Source: Octopus vulgaris (Eukaryota). Taken from it: a stretch of DNA of 64,000 nt. The notes below the pieces were generated by a model that had not been told where the DNA came from, did not search any database, and worked only from the letters and a program-made list of their open reading frames with translations. This document shows, in pieces, positions 52,295 to 64,000 of this stretch. Made by a program: the position numbers and the translations under genes. Positions within the stretch are counted from its first letter, which is position 1. Each line of letters starts with the position of its first letter. Location: assembly GCA_951406725.2 (NCBI GenBank), contig OX597817.1, positions 151,962,001 to 152,026,000 on the forward strand, in the 5' to 3' direction.

Positions 52295-52829
52295 ATTGTT
52301 TTCGTTCCAGTACACAATCTCAGATCAAGTCACTTGCTATACAAGTACATCTCCGTAACTTCTAGTTTTTGACAGTGGAACAATATTTGGATACTTTCTG
52401 CATTGAACAGAAGAAATTCAAGATTATAATATTCCTTTCTAATTAATTATTTGATTCAGACCTTTTATATATAAAACAGTAGTAATTGGAATAGTCAGTG
52501 TTTATTATTCAGTTTTAAAAAGCTACAATTTTAATGCTTTTCTTTGAAAACAATAACATAATCAATGTTATCCAGGTAATTTCATGTGTGCAGACAGTAA
52601 CTTGGTTTGAGATGTCTAGAAAAGAATTAGCATATTTCTATCCTGTTTAAGGAATACAGAAGTATAACATTTGCAGTCAATAATTCCCTACATCAGTTAG
52701 TTTAATGGTCTATGTGTATGCCCCCTAAACAACACAGGCACTCAAAAAGCATCTTGATCTCCAGGCCCAACCTCTACTAAACCATCACTCACCCTCTCTC
52801 TCCAACCACTGCCTTATCACAACTATTCA

Positions 52830-53315
52830 GTGGGATGACGTCAGCAGCTGGGGAGCTGACCGGAAGAGGAAGGGCGCAGGAGTGACGTGCATGCAGGCAG
52901 GGGATGATTGGGCCTTTTCGATCAGGGTAGCCGACAGACCTGGACGTGTGAGTGCTTCAACAAGGTAAGGGAAAAGCAGCTGCTATTTTTAGCGTTCAGG
53001 TCGGGCCACGTGGGAGGGTGCATTACCACTGGAGAGGTCTGTGTCAATGCAGACCTCTCTGGTGGTAACGCACTCTTCTATGTGGCCTGACCCGAACGCT
53101 GGTAATACACCCTTCCACGTGGTGCGACCTGAACGCTAAAAATGGCAGCTGCTTTTCCCTTACCTTGTCGAAGCGCTCACACATCCAGCCTTGTCGGCTA
53201 CCCTGATCAAAAAGGCCCAATCATCCCCTGCCTGCACGCGCGTCACTCCTGCCCCTTCCTCTTCCAGTCAGCTCCCAAGTTCCAATCAGCTCCCCAGCTA
53301 CTGTCATCATCCCAC
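52830..53315. mobile_element. GC-rich fold-back element (~200-bp arms with a nested central hairpin)
   Basis: gtgggatgac...caggtcgggccacgtgggagggtgcattacca vs tggtaatacacccttccacgtggtgcgacctg...catcccac, with an inner ggagaggtctg/cagacctctct hairpin. Confidence 0.85.
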
Positions 53316-54559
53316 ACTCACCACACATTCACATCATACACAACGCTCCCATCCATCTCCTGAACACTATAACTCTAATAAGTTAGTTGATTTATGGGAG
53401 CTCCATTAGTTCTATGTTATTTATCCCATATCTGATCCATGAGAAACAGTTCAGTGAGTAACTGAAGCTGTCCTCTATATCTTATCCCTCTACTTACTAT
53501 GCACAACAAAAACTCACAGTACCTCATCCCCATGTCTACAAACTGTTTATTCATAATGGTGGCGCAACAGTTCAGGCAAACAACACAGCGGAAAAACTCA
53601 CCCCACCTCCCACTAGAAACTGGGAGCAGCTGTTACACAGTTACTCTTTTACTCGTTTCAGTTATTAGACTGCAGCCATGCTGGAGCACTGCCTTCAGTT
53701 GAGCGAATCGACCTCTTTTGCCAAACCACTAAATTATGGGGACATAAACACACCAGCTTTGGTTGTCAACCAATGTTGGGGGGACAAATACAGATGCACA
53801 AACACACACACACATATACGACGGGCTTCTTTCAGTTTCCGTCTACCAAACCTACTCACAAGGCTTTGGTTGGTCCAAGGCTATAGTAGGAGACACTTGC
53901 CCAAGGTGCCACACAGTGGGACTGAACCCAGAATCATGTGGTTGGTAAGCAAGCTACTTACCACACAACCACTCCTGCACCCAAAGTTACACAACTTCTG
54001 TGAGACTGGTACCCTAAATACATAAGATAACCACTATGTATTGTTCAACCTGTAAGCTCTCCCATCTTCTAAACTGCAACCAACCATTTTGGCACTTTGT
54101 CAAAAGGGCCCTATAAACTTATAGAATCATCCTTCACCCAACTTTTCGAGCATGATGGTTCTGTAGAGTACACCCACAGAGAAGTTTTCTACCTTCACTG
54201 TCTGCTTTACTTCAAATCTCCACTGTATACACTAAATACATCTCTATCTCCTCCACCATTATTTCTTTCCTCTCCACCAGGTTTGCCATCCTTTAAAACA
54301 TTTAAGTATAAAAGCTCTGCCAGTTGCTTCAAGTCACCAACCTTCACAATCTCCCTTCCATTACCTTCAGTGCTCTCCAAAGCCAGTTCTTCTCTTCACT
54401 CTCTCTCCCTGTCTCTCCAGTGAGTTCCATTCCCTGAAGGACAACCCCTGTGACCCTGCAAAGCATCATTCTGTCATATACTCGCTTCCAGCATCTCAAA
54501 TGCAATGGAGGCAGTCATTAAACAACAACCTTCTCTAACATCTTGAATCTCTCTGCCTT

Positions 54560-55275
54560 TTGAGTACCAGCTCCCATAAAACCAGATCTATCAGAAACCT
54601 ACTTGACTGTCACTCAACAGTGGGACTTTAACCTCAAGAAAATTGGTGAAAACAGTGTTACACTCAGTATCCTGATTTGTTGCCTTCTCATAAAATCACA
54701 TGCTAATAGAGCTCTCTCCGATCCAATATCTACCAATTCTAGTACACCACAAGGCTCAGTTTTGTCCCCCACACTAATCCTCAAATACATCACCTTCAAC
54801 AATGCCTACTCTGATGAAATTGCCCTTCATTCTTTCTTAACCTTTAACATCCATACATCATCCACATGCAACCGAGGCATCTCAAATCAAACCTGCACTA
54901 ACTCCATCAAGGGACCTTGGAAACACAGCTCAATGGGATCTAACCAATTTTATCTCCTTCAATATCTCGAGGAAACAATCGCTACACAATGAGAAATTAT
55001 CACAGCTACCCACCCATACCATTAAACATAAGCAGAGTGCAGCTAGAATCCACCAAAGTTGCTATAAATGTTAAGCTTCACCATCAGTGAAGGTCGCTTT
55101 TGGCAAATTCACATCTTTATCATTGTAAAGACTGACCTTCTGTTCAGGATCAGAAAATCTTTCAGCCCCTAACTACTACTACTACTACTAACCCTCTTCA
55201 AAGCTTTGGTGAAATTCACAATAGAGTACTGTTCCCATATCTGGAACTGTTATACACACATACACACATGCTCAT

Positions 55276-55308
<33 letters not shown>

Positions 55309-55960
55309 CACGCATGCACACACACACATGCACGCATGCACACACACGCCAGACTTTCATCGAAAGAAAGAGCCCCCATCCTCTAAATCAGTGGTTCCCA
55401 AAATATTTTGGGCTGCCACCCCCAAGCCACATTCCTAGTGCTCCCACCCTAAATAACCACCACAAGCATAGACCTCTTTCTGAAACAAATTCAAAGCAAC
55501 TGTGTTTCACAAATAAAACTTAACCTGATAAACCCATTATCTTGTTGTTTTTACATGAAACACCACCCCATTATCACCCCAAGTTTTACATGAGTCGCTA
55601 CCCCATTATTGCCCCACTTCAACACTCCCTTGAAACTTTCCACCACCCCAGAGGGGCAATACTGCCTACTTTAGGAACCACTGCTCTAGATGATTGGCTT
55701 GAAATCACTAACACTCCATCCTCTTACCCAAAAACCTGCTATCTTGTCTCTACTTTCTCTATTGTTACAACAAAGGTCTGTATTTCTTAGAGCTGGTTGG
55801 CTGGTCCTATACAACATCCATTTAGGTACCACTAGCTGCCACTCTTTCTTCTTCTCTCATCAGACATTTGTATCGACTCACTCGCTAAACACTGTACCCT
55901 TTCTGCCTCAGAATGTTAGTCCTCTGGAATTCTTTCCCTACATGTTTTATTCCTACAACT
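54560..55960 (+). mobile_element. Decayed CR1/L2/Jockey-group LINE RT remnant, with a hAT MITE inserted
   Basis: NSSTPQGSVLSPTLILKYI...AYSDEIAL (GVPQGSVLSP and YADD motifs), LFKALVKFTIEYCSHIW. Confidence 0.75.
55389..55683. mobile_element. hAT MITE with 8-bp TSD
   Basis: ctctaaat|cagtggttcccaaa...tttaggaaccactg|ctctagat. Confidence 0.85.
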
Positions 55961-55984
55961 GTCTGCTTGCAATTATTCAAGAGG

Positions 55985-56577
55985 AGCGAGGTCATTGCCA
56001 GTGCCACTGGACTGGCTCCTTTGCAGGTGGCACATAAAAAGCACCATTTGAGCATGGCCATTGCCAGTACTATCTGACGGCCCTCGTGCTGGTGGCACGT
56101 AAAAGCACCCACTACACTCTCAGAGTGGTTGGCATTAGGAAAGGCATCCAGCTGTAGAAACTCTGCCAGGTCAGATTGGAGTCTGGTACAGCCATCTGGT
56201 TCACCAGACCTCAGTCAAATCATCCAACCCATGGTAGCATAGAAAGCAGACATTAAATGATGATGATGATGATGATGAGCGAGGTCATTGCCAGTGCCAC
56301 TGGACTGGCTCCTGTGCAGGTGGCACATAAAAAGCACCATTTCAGCGTGGCTGTTGCCAGTACTGCCTGACTGGCCCTCGTGCTGGTGGCACGTAAAAGC
56401 ACCCACTACACTCTCAGAGTGGTTGGCATTAGGAAGGGCATCCAGCTGTAAAAACTTTGCCAGATCAGATTGGAGTCTAGTGCAGCTATCTGGTTCACCA
56501 GACCTCAGTCAAATCGTCCGACCCATGCTAGCATGGAAAGCGGACGCTAAACGATGACGACAATGATGATGATGATG
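55985..56577 (+). mobile_element. Two tandem family D copies
   Basis: Both begin gagcgaggtcattgccagtgccactggactggctcc and end in (gat)n. Confidence 0.85.
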
Positions 56578-57625
56578 AACACAGTTTCCTCATTTTGACC
56601 AATCCAGTCAGAAACAACCAAATTAAAGCAACATGCATGTGTCAAAACTAAGAAGAAACATTAAAAGGACAAAGAAACAAAACTATTTAAAGTTAGAGAG
56701 AAACAGTAAATATGGAAGACTGAACTCGTTTTCTGAGACTGTCTGAGCTTAGAGTGGAATTTGATGATACAAATTAGATGAAGAAGTCTGACTAATAGCA
56801 TTTAATAATCAAAGATGAAGATATTATAAGACATGGAATAATTAAGTTACCATTGATTTTTGAAAAGATGGAGAAACAAAGTAAGCAAGCAAACGAATGA
56901 AATCTGAGAGACACGTTTTGCAAACTTATTAATCTACCTCTGCATTGAAAATGAAGCATTAAAATCATTAGTGGCTAAGATCATTAAAGCCATCAGTGAC
57001 TAGGATCATAGCAGCTGTAAATAGATATGTTTCAACACGAGTATGAGACGTTTTGGCACAGCCATTTTGGTGCCGCCTGTTTGGTATTGCCAAATCATCA
57101 TCATCATTTAACGTCCGCTTTCCATGCTAGCATGGGTTGGACGATTTGACTGAGGTCTGGCAAACTGGATGACTGCACCAGACTCCAATCTGATCTGGCA
57201 GAGTTTCTACAGCTGGATGCCCTTCCTAACACCAACCACTCCGATAGTGTAGTGGGTGCTTTTACGTGCCACCGGCACAAGGGCTAGTTTGGTGGTACTG
57301 GCGACGACCTCGCTCAAATGTTTTGTTCTTTTTACTTATTTGACAGCAGACATTTTCATGTTTCTCTCATTCTCCTCCCCACCCTCTCTCTCTCTGCCTC
57401 TTCCAGTTCCAAAAAGTACCGTTGCTAGAATGTCCGGTCAGCCATGCCAAATTGTCAGCATCCAAACTGCTGCACCCAATCATCTTGTTCTTCATCATCA
57501 TTGCTATAATAAAAAAAATTAAAGGAAAATTTTGTTATCCTAATACCATTGACATACAATCCTACGTAACAAAATTGCTGAAATAAACAAAAATCTTTTA
57601 ATATAATTTCTCATCTTTATTCAAG

Positions 57626-57777
57626 TTGGCTGTTAGAAGGTGTCCATTCAGGAATCCTTTGTGAAAAATTACACGAAGGGAAATCTTTGATATTCAAGGG
57701 CAAAGGGAAAAGAAGAGCCTGCACACCTTATATGGATATGCTGGAGTCAGACAATATAAAATTTTATCTGTCATTTG
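57626..57777 (+). CDS. RELN: Reelin coding exon 10 (last exon found; gene continues 3' of window)
   Basis: Acceptor tctttattcaag. Encodes (N)WLLEGVHSGILCEKLHEGKSLIFKGKGKRRACTPYMDMLESDNIKFYLSF vs Reelin [50 protein letters not shown]. Donor gtaagt; phases 2/1. Confidence 0.93.
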
Positions 57778-57911
57778 GTAAGTCGTATTCATTATATGCA
57801 ATGTTTTGTTCTTAATCTACAGGATTTAAACTTTCATAATAGCAATCAAGACAGTCCTCCTTTAAAGGTATGAAACTTGTACCTTCACAAGATCCATAGC
57901 CAAATCCCTCA

Positions 57912-58464
57912 GTAGGCATAGGAGTGGCTGTGTGGTAAGTAGCTTGCTTACGAACCACATGGTTCCGGGTGGCCCCGCCTTGGTAAATGTTTTTACATTT
58001 CACCTGAAAAGAAAGGTGGGGCTGGAGAGAAGGTGTCTGTCACAGAGTGTGTTTCAAAAATGATGGACACGTGTTGCACGCATGTTGGGAGTGAAAGACC
58101 CTGCGTGAGCATGTCATAGTGGAAAAGCGAGGCATCGGTGAAAAGGACAGGACTCGTGGGGTTGGAGCAAACCTGTCTACTTTTAACCCCATGTTGTCCT
58201 CATTGTTTGTTAATGTCTTTTGTACCCCATTCAATGTTATCATGTTTTTAAATTTTTAACCAACTCATTCATTATATATGACCTCCAGATCATATTGTAT
58301 TGTCCCTTCTATGTACGTCTGTAAAAAATTGAACCGCTTGGTTCCGGGTTCAGTCCCACTGCGTGGCACCTTGGGCAAGTATCTTCTACTATAGCCTCGG
58401 GACAACCAAAGCCTTGTGAGTGGATTTGGTAGATGGAAACTGAAACAAGCCCGTCGTATATATG

Positions 58465-58510
<46 letters not shown>

Positions 58511-58712
58511 TGTTTGTGTGTCTGTGTTTGCCCCCCAACATTGCTTGACAACTGATGCTGGTGTGTTTATGTCCCCGTAACTTAGCAGTTCAGCAAAAGA
58601 GACTGATAGAAGAAGTACTAGGCTTACAAAGAATAAGTCCTGGGGTTAATTTGCTCGACTAAAGGTGGTGCTCCAGCATGGCCACAGTCAAATGATTGAA
58701 ACAAGTAAAAGA
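57912..58712 (+). mobile_element. SINE A split in its tRNA head by a 368-bp Tx1/L1-like LINE 3' end (57971-58338)
   Basis: tggttccgggt is duplicated at 57960-57970 and 58339-58349. The insert encodes GPALVNVFTFHLKRKVGLERRCLSQSVFQK*WTRVARML, followed by a 3'UTR-like stretch. Confidence 0.75.
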
Positions 58713-58989
58713 ATGGTTGCTACACTCAGAAGCATCAGATAGCCTTCAGCATCAACCAGATGCAGGAAGTGACCAATGAACAACTCTTTAGCAACCTCCC
58801 TGAGTTGACCAATAGGGTATCTGAAGCTTCCCAGTCACTACCTGAGACACCCAGAATCATTCACCAACCAAGACTTCATCTAAGTACTGGCTATGGTAGG
58901 GATAAATCATGGATTTATTTCTAACATCATGGTCAACATCTTGATGGAGGATGGTGGTACTGCGACAGGTGATGAATTTAGGACACTAA

Positions 58990-59343
58990 TACCAGGATGG
59001 TATTGAGATCCCCTTCGGTCATGACTGACCGTGGGATTGTACCTAGAAAGTTACCCTCCCAGGCACAAGTCCAGGCAAGGTTGTTTATGGAAGACCAGCA
59101 GTCATTTATGCATACTGGCCTCTCCTCTCTACGCCAGCAGTGTTATCCAAAGGAAAGGCAAAGGGGCTGATACAGCTTGGCACCTGTGACATTGCAACTC
59201 ATTTCTACAGCTGAGTGAACAGGAGCAATTTGAAATAAAGTGTCTTGCTCAAGAACACAACATGCAGCCTGGTCCAGGATTCAAACTCACAACCTCACGA
59301 TCGTAAGCTTGACGCTCTAACCACTGAGCCATGCACCTTCACT
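58990..59343 (-). mobile_element. SINE with a family C-type head and a third tail type
   Basis: Head gtgaaggtgcatggctcagtggttagagcgtc...; the tail is unrelated to the other C tails. Confidence 0.7.
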
Positions 59344-61749
59344 AGAACGGTATTTGTAGCATATTATCTCTACACTTGACATAAATGCAAGGAGTTGTCA
59401 ACAGTGGACGATAGTAAGGATGATTATATTATTTCTTTGGTAGTCTCATGCAGCTTTCTACTGTAACACCTGGTGCATCTGCGTCCCCATGATGGTTGCA
59501 GTCATCATCATCATCGTTTAACGTCTGCTTTCCATGCTAGCATGGGTTGGATGATTTTGACTGAGGGCTGGCGAACCAGATGGCTGCGCCAGGCTCCAAT
59601 ATTGATCTGCTAGAGTTTCTACAGCTGGATACTCTTTCTAACGCCAACCACTCCAAGAGTGTAGTGGGTGCTTTTTACATGACCTCACTCAAATCTTTTT
59701 ACACATGCCACCGGCACAGGTGCCAGTATGGCAACGTTGGTAATGATCATGCTCGAATGGTGCCCTTTTATGTGCCACGGCACAGGGGTCAGTCAGTCAG
59801 AATTAGAGGAGTATAGAGTTCTCCTATTGATGTACTGCATCAGTTTGTTTTTCATTTTATTGGTGGTGTGTGCGAGTGTGTAGCCTGGTGGTTAGGATGT
59901 TGCATTCCTAATCATCAGATCATGGTTTCAACTCCAGAACTGTTTGAGGTGTTGTGTTCCTGAGCAAAACATTCCATCTGATGTTGCTCTGCAATCACTT
60001 CAACACCTGATGTGTGGTATGCCAGGCACCTGTTCAGGTAAAATTGATTTGATGGAGGGAGGCATGCTAACTTCAGTGCTACGCATTGGGAAATTCTAAC
60101 TTCAATGAAATACATTGGGAAATTTTGAAATTTTCTCTCATATTGAGATATTGTGTATTAGATGATTTGTGTCTTCAGAATGAATAATACCAAAATCTTA
60201 ACCTATATTATAGTACACCTGAACACTATATACAATAAGCTCATTGTAATTATTAATGTAGTGAGTTGATATAATCATTAGCACATTAGACAAAATGCTT
60301 AGCAGTGTTTCCTCCGGTTTTATATTGAGTTCAAATTCTGCCAAAATCACTTGGCCTTTCATCCCTTCAGGGTTGATAAAATAAGTACCAGTTAAGCAGT
60401 GGTATCAATGTAATCAATTATTCTGTTCCACAAAACTTTCAGGCCTTGTGCCTATAGAAGAAAGAATTATGTAAATATTTTCCAATGATGTGTACCTTTA
60501 GGGTAAAGCAATTGGAAAAAGTGAGAAACGTTAGATTCAACCCTCACACATACTTCCCCAAGAGAGGTTTTTTTTGTGTGTCTATTAATTGAATGTTTAA
60601 TCTCAGCTAACCAAAGTGTCCAGGTGTACTATAATATAGGTTAAGATTTTGGTATTATTCATTTTGAACACACAAATCATCCAATTCACAACATCTCAAT
60701 ATGACAGAAAATTTCAAAATTTCCCAATGTATTTCATTGAAGTTAGAATTTCCCAATGTATAACACTGAAGTTAGCATGCCTCTCTCCATCAAATCAATT
60801 TTGCCTGAACTCTTTTTTTTGTGTCTATTAATTGAATGGTTAATCTCAGCTAACCAAAGTTTTATAACTTATTATGTTACATATATTTGTATTTTGCAAG
60901 CAGAATTCTCAATAGAAATATTTTTCTTTCAGCCATATTGTGTAAGTCTGACAAAAGTGAGTAATTTGACTAAAGAAAAAAAAATGTATTTACAATGCTG
61001 TTTGCTTAGTTATGTTACACATTACAATATCTTTAATGTATAAGAATCAATCTTTGAGATATGAGTATATTTATCTTCACAAGGAAGACATAGCTTATTC
61101 TTGTTTCTCTGGGTGCAATCTTGTATATCAAAATGAATACAGGATACTACTCCTCTAGAATGTTGTTAAATTCTGCCAAGTTTCAACATTCAAGAGATAA
61201 CAAAGCTAGTTGTTTGTCTCATCACTTACACAAATGCTTATAGGATTTTCATAATTCACTGATGTTTTTCAAGCTTCTCACTTTGGCAAAACCTGAAGAA
61301 ACCTGTGAAAATTCCTAATAAGATGCTACAGAAATATTGTAAAGATTATCAAAACAAAAAAATGGCATTCCATCAGTTATGTTGATGACGGTTCCAGTTG
61401 ATCCACTCCTGAAATTAAGCAAGTGGATGAGTACTCTACAGATATGCATACCTTTAAGGTAGTTCTCGGGGAGATTCGGCATCAGTCTGAATGAGACAAG
61501 ACTGGCCTGTTGAATTACAGGTACCACTCATTTTTGCATGCTGAATAGACTGGGGCAATGTGAAACAAAGTTTCTTGCTTAAGGACACAATGCACTGCCA
61601 AGAATTGAACTTATGACCTTGCGATCATGAGCTGAATATTGAATATCCTAACCACTAAACCACACACCTCTGCAATTATCTAATCACTAAGAAATAAGAT
61701 TCTTTCATTGAAATTCAAATTATTTCATGGTGACATGCAGAAGATTTAT

Positions 61750-62207
61750 ATGACTGGCATCCATGCCAGTGGAGCGCTAAGAGCTCCATCCGAGCATGGT
61801 CATTGCCAGAGCAGCTAACTGGCTTCCATGCCGGTGGCATGTGAAAAGCACTGTTCGAGTGTGATCGTTACCAGCATCGCCTTACTGGCACTTGTGCCGG
61901 TTGCACGTGAAAAAACATTTGAGCGAGGATGTTGCCAGTGCCGCTGGACTAGCTCCTGTGCAGGTGGCACATAAAAAACACTATTTGAGCATGGCTGTTG
62001 CCAGTACCACCTGACTGGTCCTCGTGCCAGTGGCACGTAAAAGCACCCACTACACTCTCGGAGTGGTTGGTATTAGGAAGGGCATCCAGCTGTAGAAACC
62101 CTGCCAGATCAAGATTGGAGCCTGGTGCAGCCATCTGGTTTGCCAGTCCTCAGTCAAATCGTCCAACCCATGCCAGCATGGAAAGTGGATGTTAAACGAT
62201 GATGATG
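61750..62207 (+). mobile_element. Family D retroposon with 4-5 diverged ~63-bp VNTR units
   Basis: Repeated ttgccagt...actggc...gtggcacgtaaaa units precede the conserved body and (gat)n tail. Confidence 0.82.
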
Positions 62208-62469
62208 TTTAATATATCAATAGAAATTGCAGTTTTTGGATTATAATTCCACTGCTATACAATATCAGCTTATTAATGTTAGCACACATGCATTCACCTG
62301 TTGTTTCAGGTGAGTAGTTTTTCAAGGACTCTATATTATATGATGCATCCTTCCCTTCCATTTAAGATGGCAGGTGCAATATAAGGGAGATTTAGCTGTT
62401 ATATCTAGCAATTCCACTAACTATGCAGAGACTCCCTCATTGATACAATATGTATTTTATTATATTCTT

Positions 62470-63030
62470 TTATTCTTTTACTTGTTTCAGTCATTTGACT
62501 GCGGCCATGCTGGAGCACCGCCTTTAGTCAAATCAAATCAACCCCAGGACTTATTCTTTGTAAGCCTAGTACTTATTTTATCAGTCTCTTTTGCTGAACC
62601 ACTAAGTTATGGGGATGTAAACACATCACCATTGGTTGTCGAGCGACGTTGGGGGGACAAACACAGATACACAACATATACATACACATATATATATAAA
62701 GTTAATCCAAACAAGAAAACAAAAAGACAACAACGCAAGGATGTGGAACAAATAAGGTATTATTGGACGCTCAGGAAAGAAGGGAAGAAGGAGGTTTTGA
62801 TGTTTCGAGCGGAGCTCTTCGTCGGAAACATAGGAGAAGGAAAGATCCCTAGACGGGAGGACATATATACAATGGGCTTGTTTCAGTTTCCGTCTACCAA
62901 ATCTATTCACAAGGCTTTGGTCGGCCCGAGGCTTTAGTAGAAGACACTTGCCCAAGGTGCCACACAGTGGGAATGAACCCGGAACCATGTGGTTCGTAAG
63001 CAAGCTACTTACCACACAGCCACTCCTACA
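62470..63030 (-). mobile_element. SINE family A with a hammerhead-like insert (62698-62861) in its TA tract
   Basis: Tail at 62470-62690, head at 62865-63030. Confidence 0.88.
62794..62829 (-). ncRNA. Minimal (degenerate) type I hammerhead-like motif
   Basis: Minus strand: gttt-CCGACGA-a-gagc(tcc)gctc-GAAA-ca-TC-aaaac. One core deviation (U4 to C) and a 2-nt stem III. Confidence 0.5.
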
Positions 63031-64000
63031 CCTGTACAACATTTATCAATGAAGGAGGCAATGAACTGACAACTGTTTGCATGCTGAACAAAAGTGTTTA
63101 GTCGCATTTTTTTTGGGGGGGGGCCTCTTTGCATTCTGAGTTCAAACTCCACCAAGATTATCTTTGCTTTTCATCCAGTCAGTGCCAATAAAACAAGTGT
63201 CAGTTGATCATTGGAGCACAATGTAATTGACTTCCCTGGCCTTGTGCCAAAATATAAACCTATTTATTGAAGTTCTAAGTTGATCTGTTAATCATAGTAA
63301 AGAAGTAGTGAGTTCAGGAGCAAACTACACTATAAATATTTTGGTTTTTTTTTTTAAATATATTTTTATTTTTTTTTTTTTTTACTTTAGTCAAAATACA
63401 TGTTGCCAGACCTACATAATATGGCTAAGGGAAAATATCTTGAGATAAATACAGATGCATGTAATATAGTGAATTGGAAATCTTCACTCAAGATTAACCT
63501 CACAATTACTAAACGAAAAAAAAAACTCTCACTAGGGCTGTTTTGTATCGAAAAACAAAAGTAAGGGAGATAATTCCAATAACATGTTCCTTGTTTTCAC
63601 CAATTGGCTTTTAAAGACAAGGTCTGTTCCCATCTGCATTGTCTATATTTTCCCAAAATTTCGATTATCTGGCTTTATTGGAATCTTATTGCTTGTTTTT
63701 TAGATTTTTAAACATCACTAGAGGGAGATTTTAGCTTCTAATTATAAGGATAATATTAGTTAATCAGACTTTTTCAACTTGCTGTATTACATAATGCGAA
63801 CCCCTACGTTACACATTATCGTTTTAAATTTTCTTTTTTGTCTCAAAATATCAGATCTATTTCATTTGCGGTTGATATAATTTTAAATTTCAATGTTCCT
63901 TATTTTTCAAAGAGTTAATGCATTCTTAACTTTCATGTATTTAATACCCCCACTTAAGCAGTCCTTCATGCAGATAACATTTTATTTTGGTTCTACTATG

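Noticed and set aside
63361-63470. Strong pyrimidine tract plus AG at 63390 as the next Reelin exon
   Set aside because: The required phase-1 frame hits a stop after 9 codons and shows no Reelin similarity.

Overview
AT-rich animal genomic DNA. The SINE families and microsatellite content point to a coleoid cephalopod, most likely Octopus. The window holds the 5' part of a large + strand Reelin (RELN) orthologue. I assembled ten coding exons by hand (6388-6604, 14154-14385, 25139-25209, 33114-33216, 37161-37254, 43424-43475, 44926-45025, 48718-49021, 51889-52040, 57626-57777). All introns are GT-AG, the phases are consistent, and the total is 1477 nt (about 492 aa), covering the signal peptide, the reeler domain and the N-terminal pre-repeat region. 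The gene continues past the window. The introns are full of repeats: several tRNA-derived SINE families, CR1/L2-, R4-, Tx1- and Penelope-like LINE remnants, mariner/Tc1, hAT and Helitron elements, MITEs, fold-back palindromes and long microsatellites. The most unusual signals are (i) short non-coding inserts in (TA)n/(GTAT)n tracts, often inside SINEs, carrying type I hammerhead-ribozyme motifs and perfect fold-backs, (ii) a Tx1-like LINE end inserted with a duplication into a SINE tRNA head, (iii) a LINE-SINE pair sharing a 3' stem-loop, (iv) a TSD-flanked SINE tetramer inside a complete Helitron, and (v) an apparently CpG-retaining domain of about 21 kb inside the gene body. Repeat boundaries are approximate. 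Comparisons with human Reelin are from memory and need an alignment to confirm.
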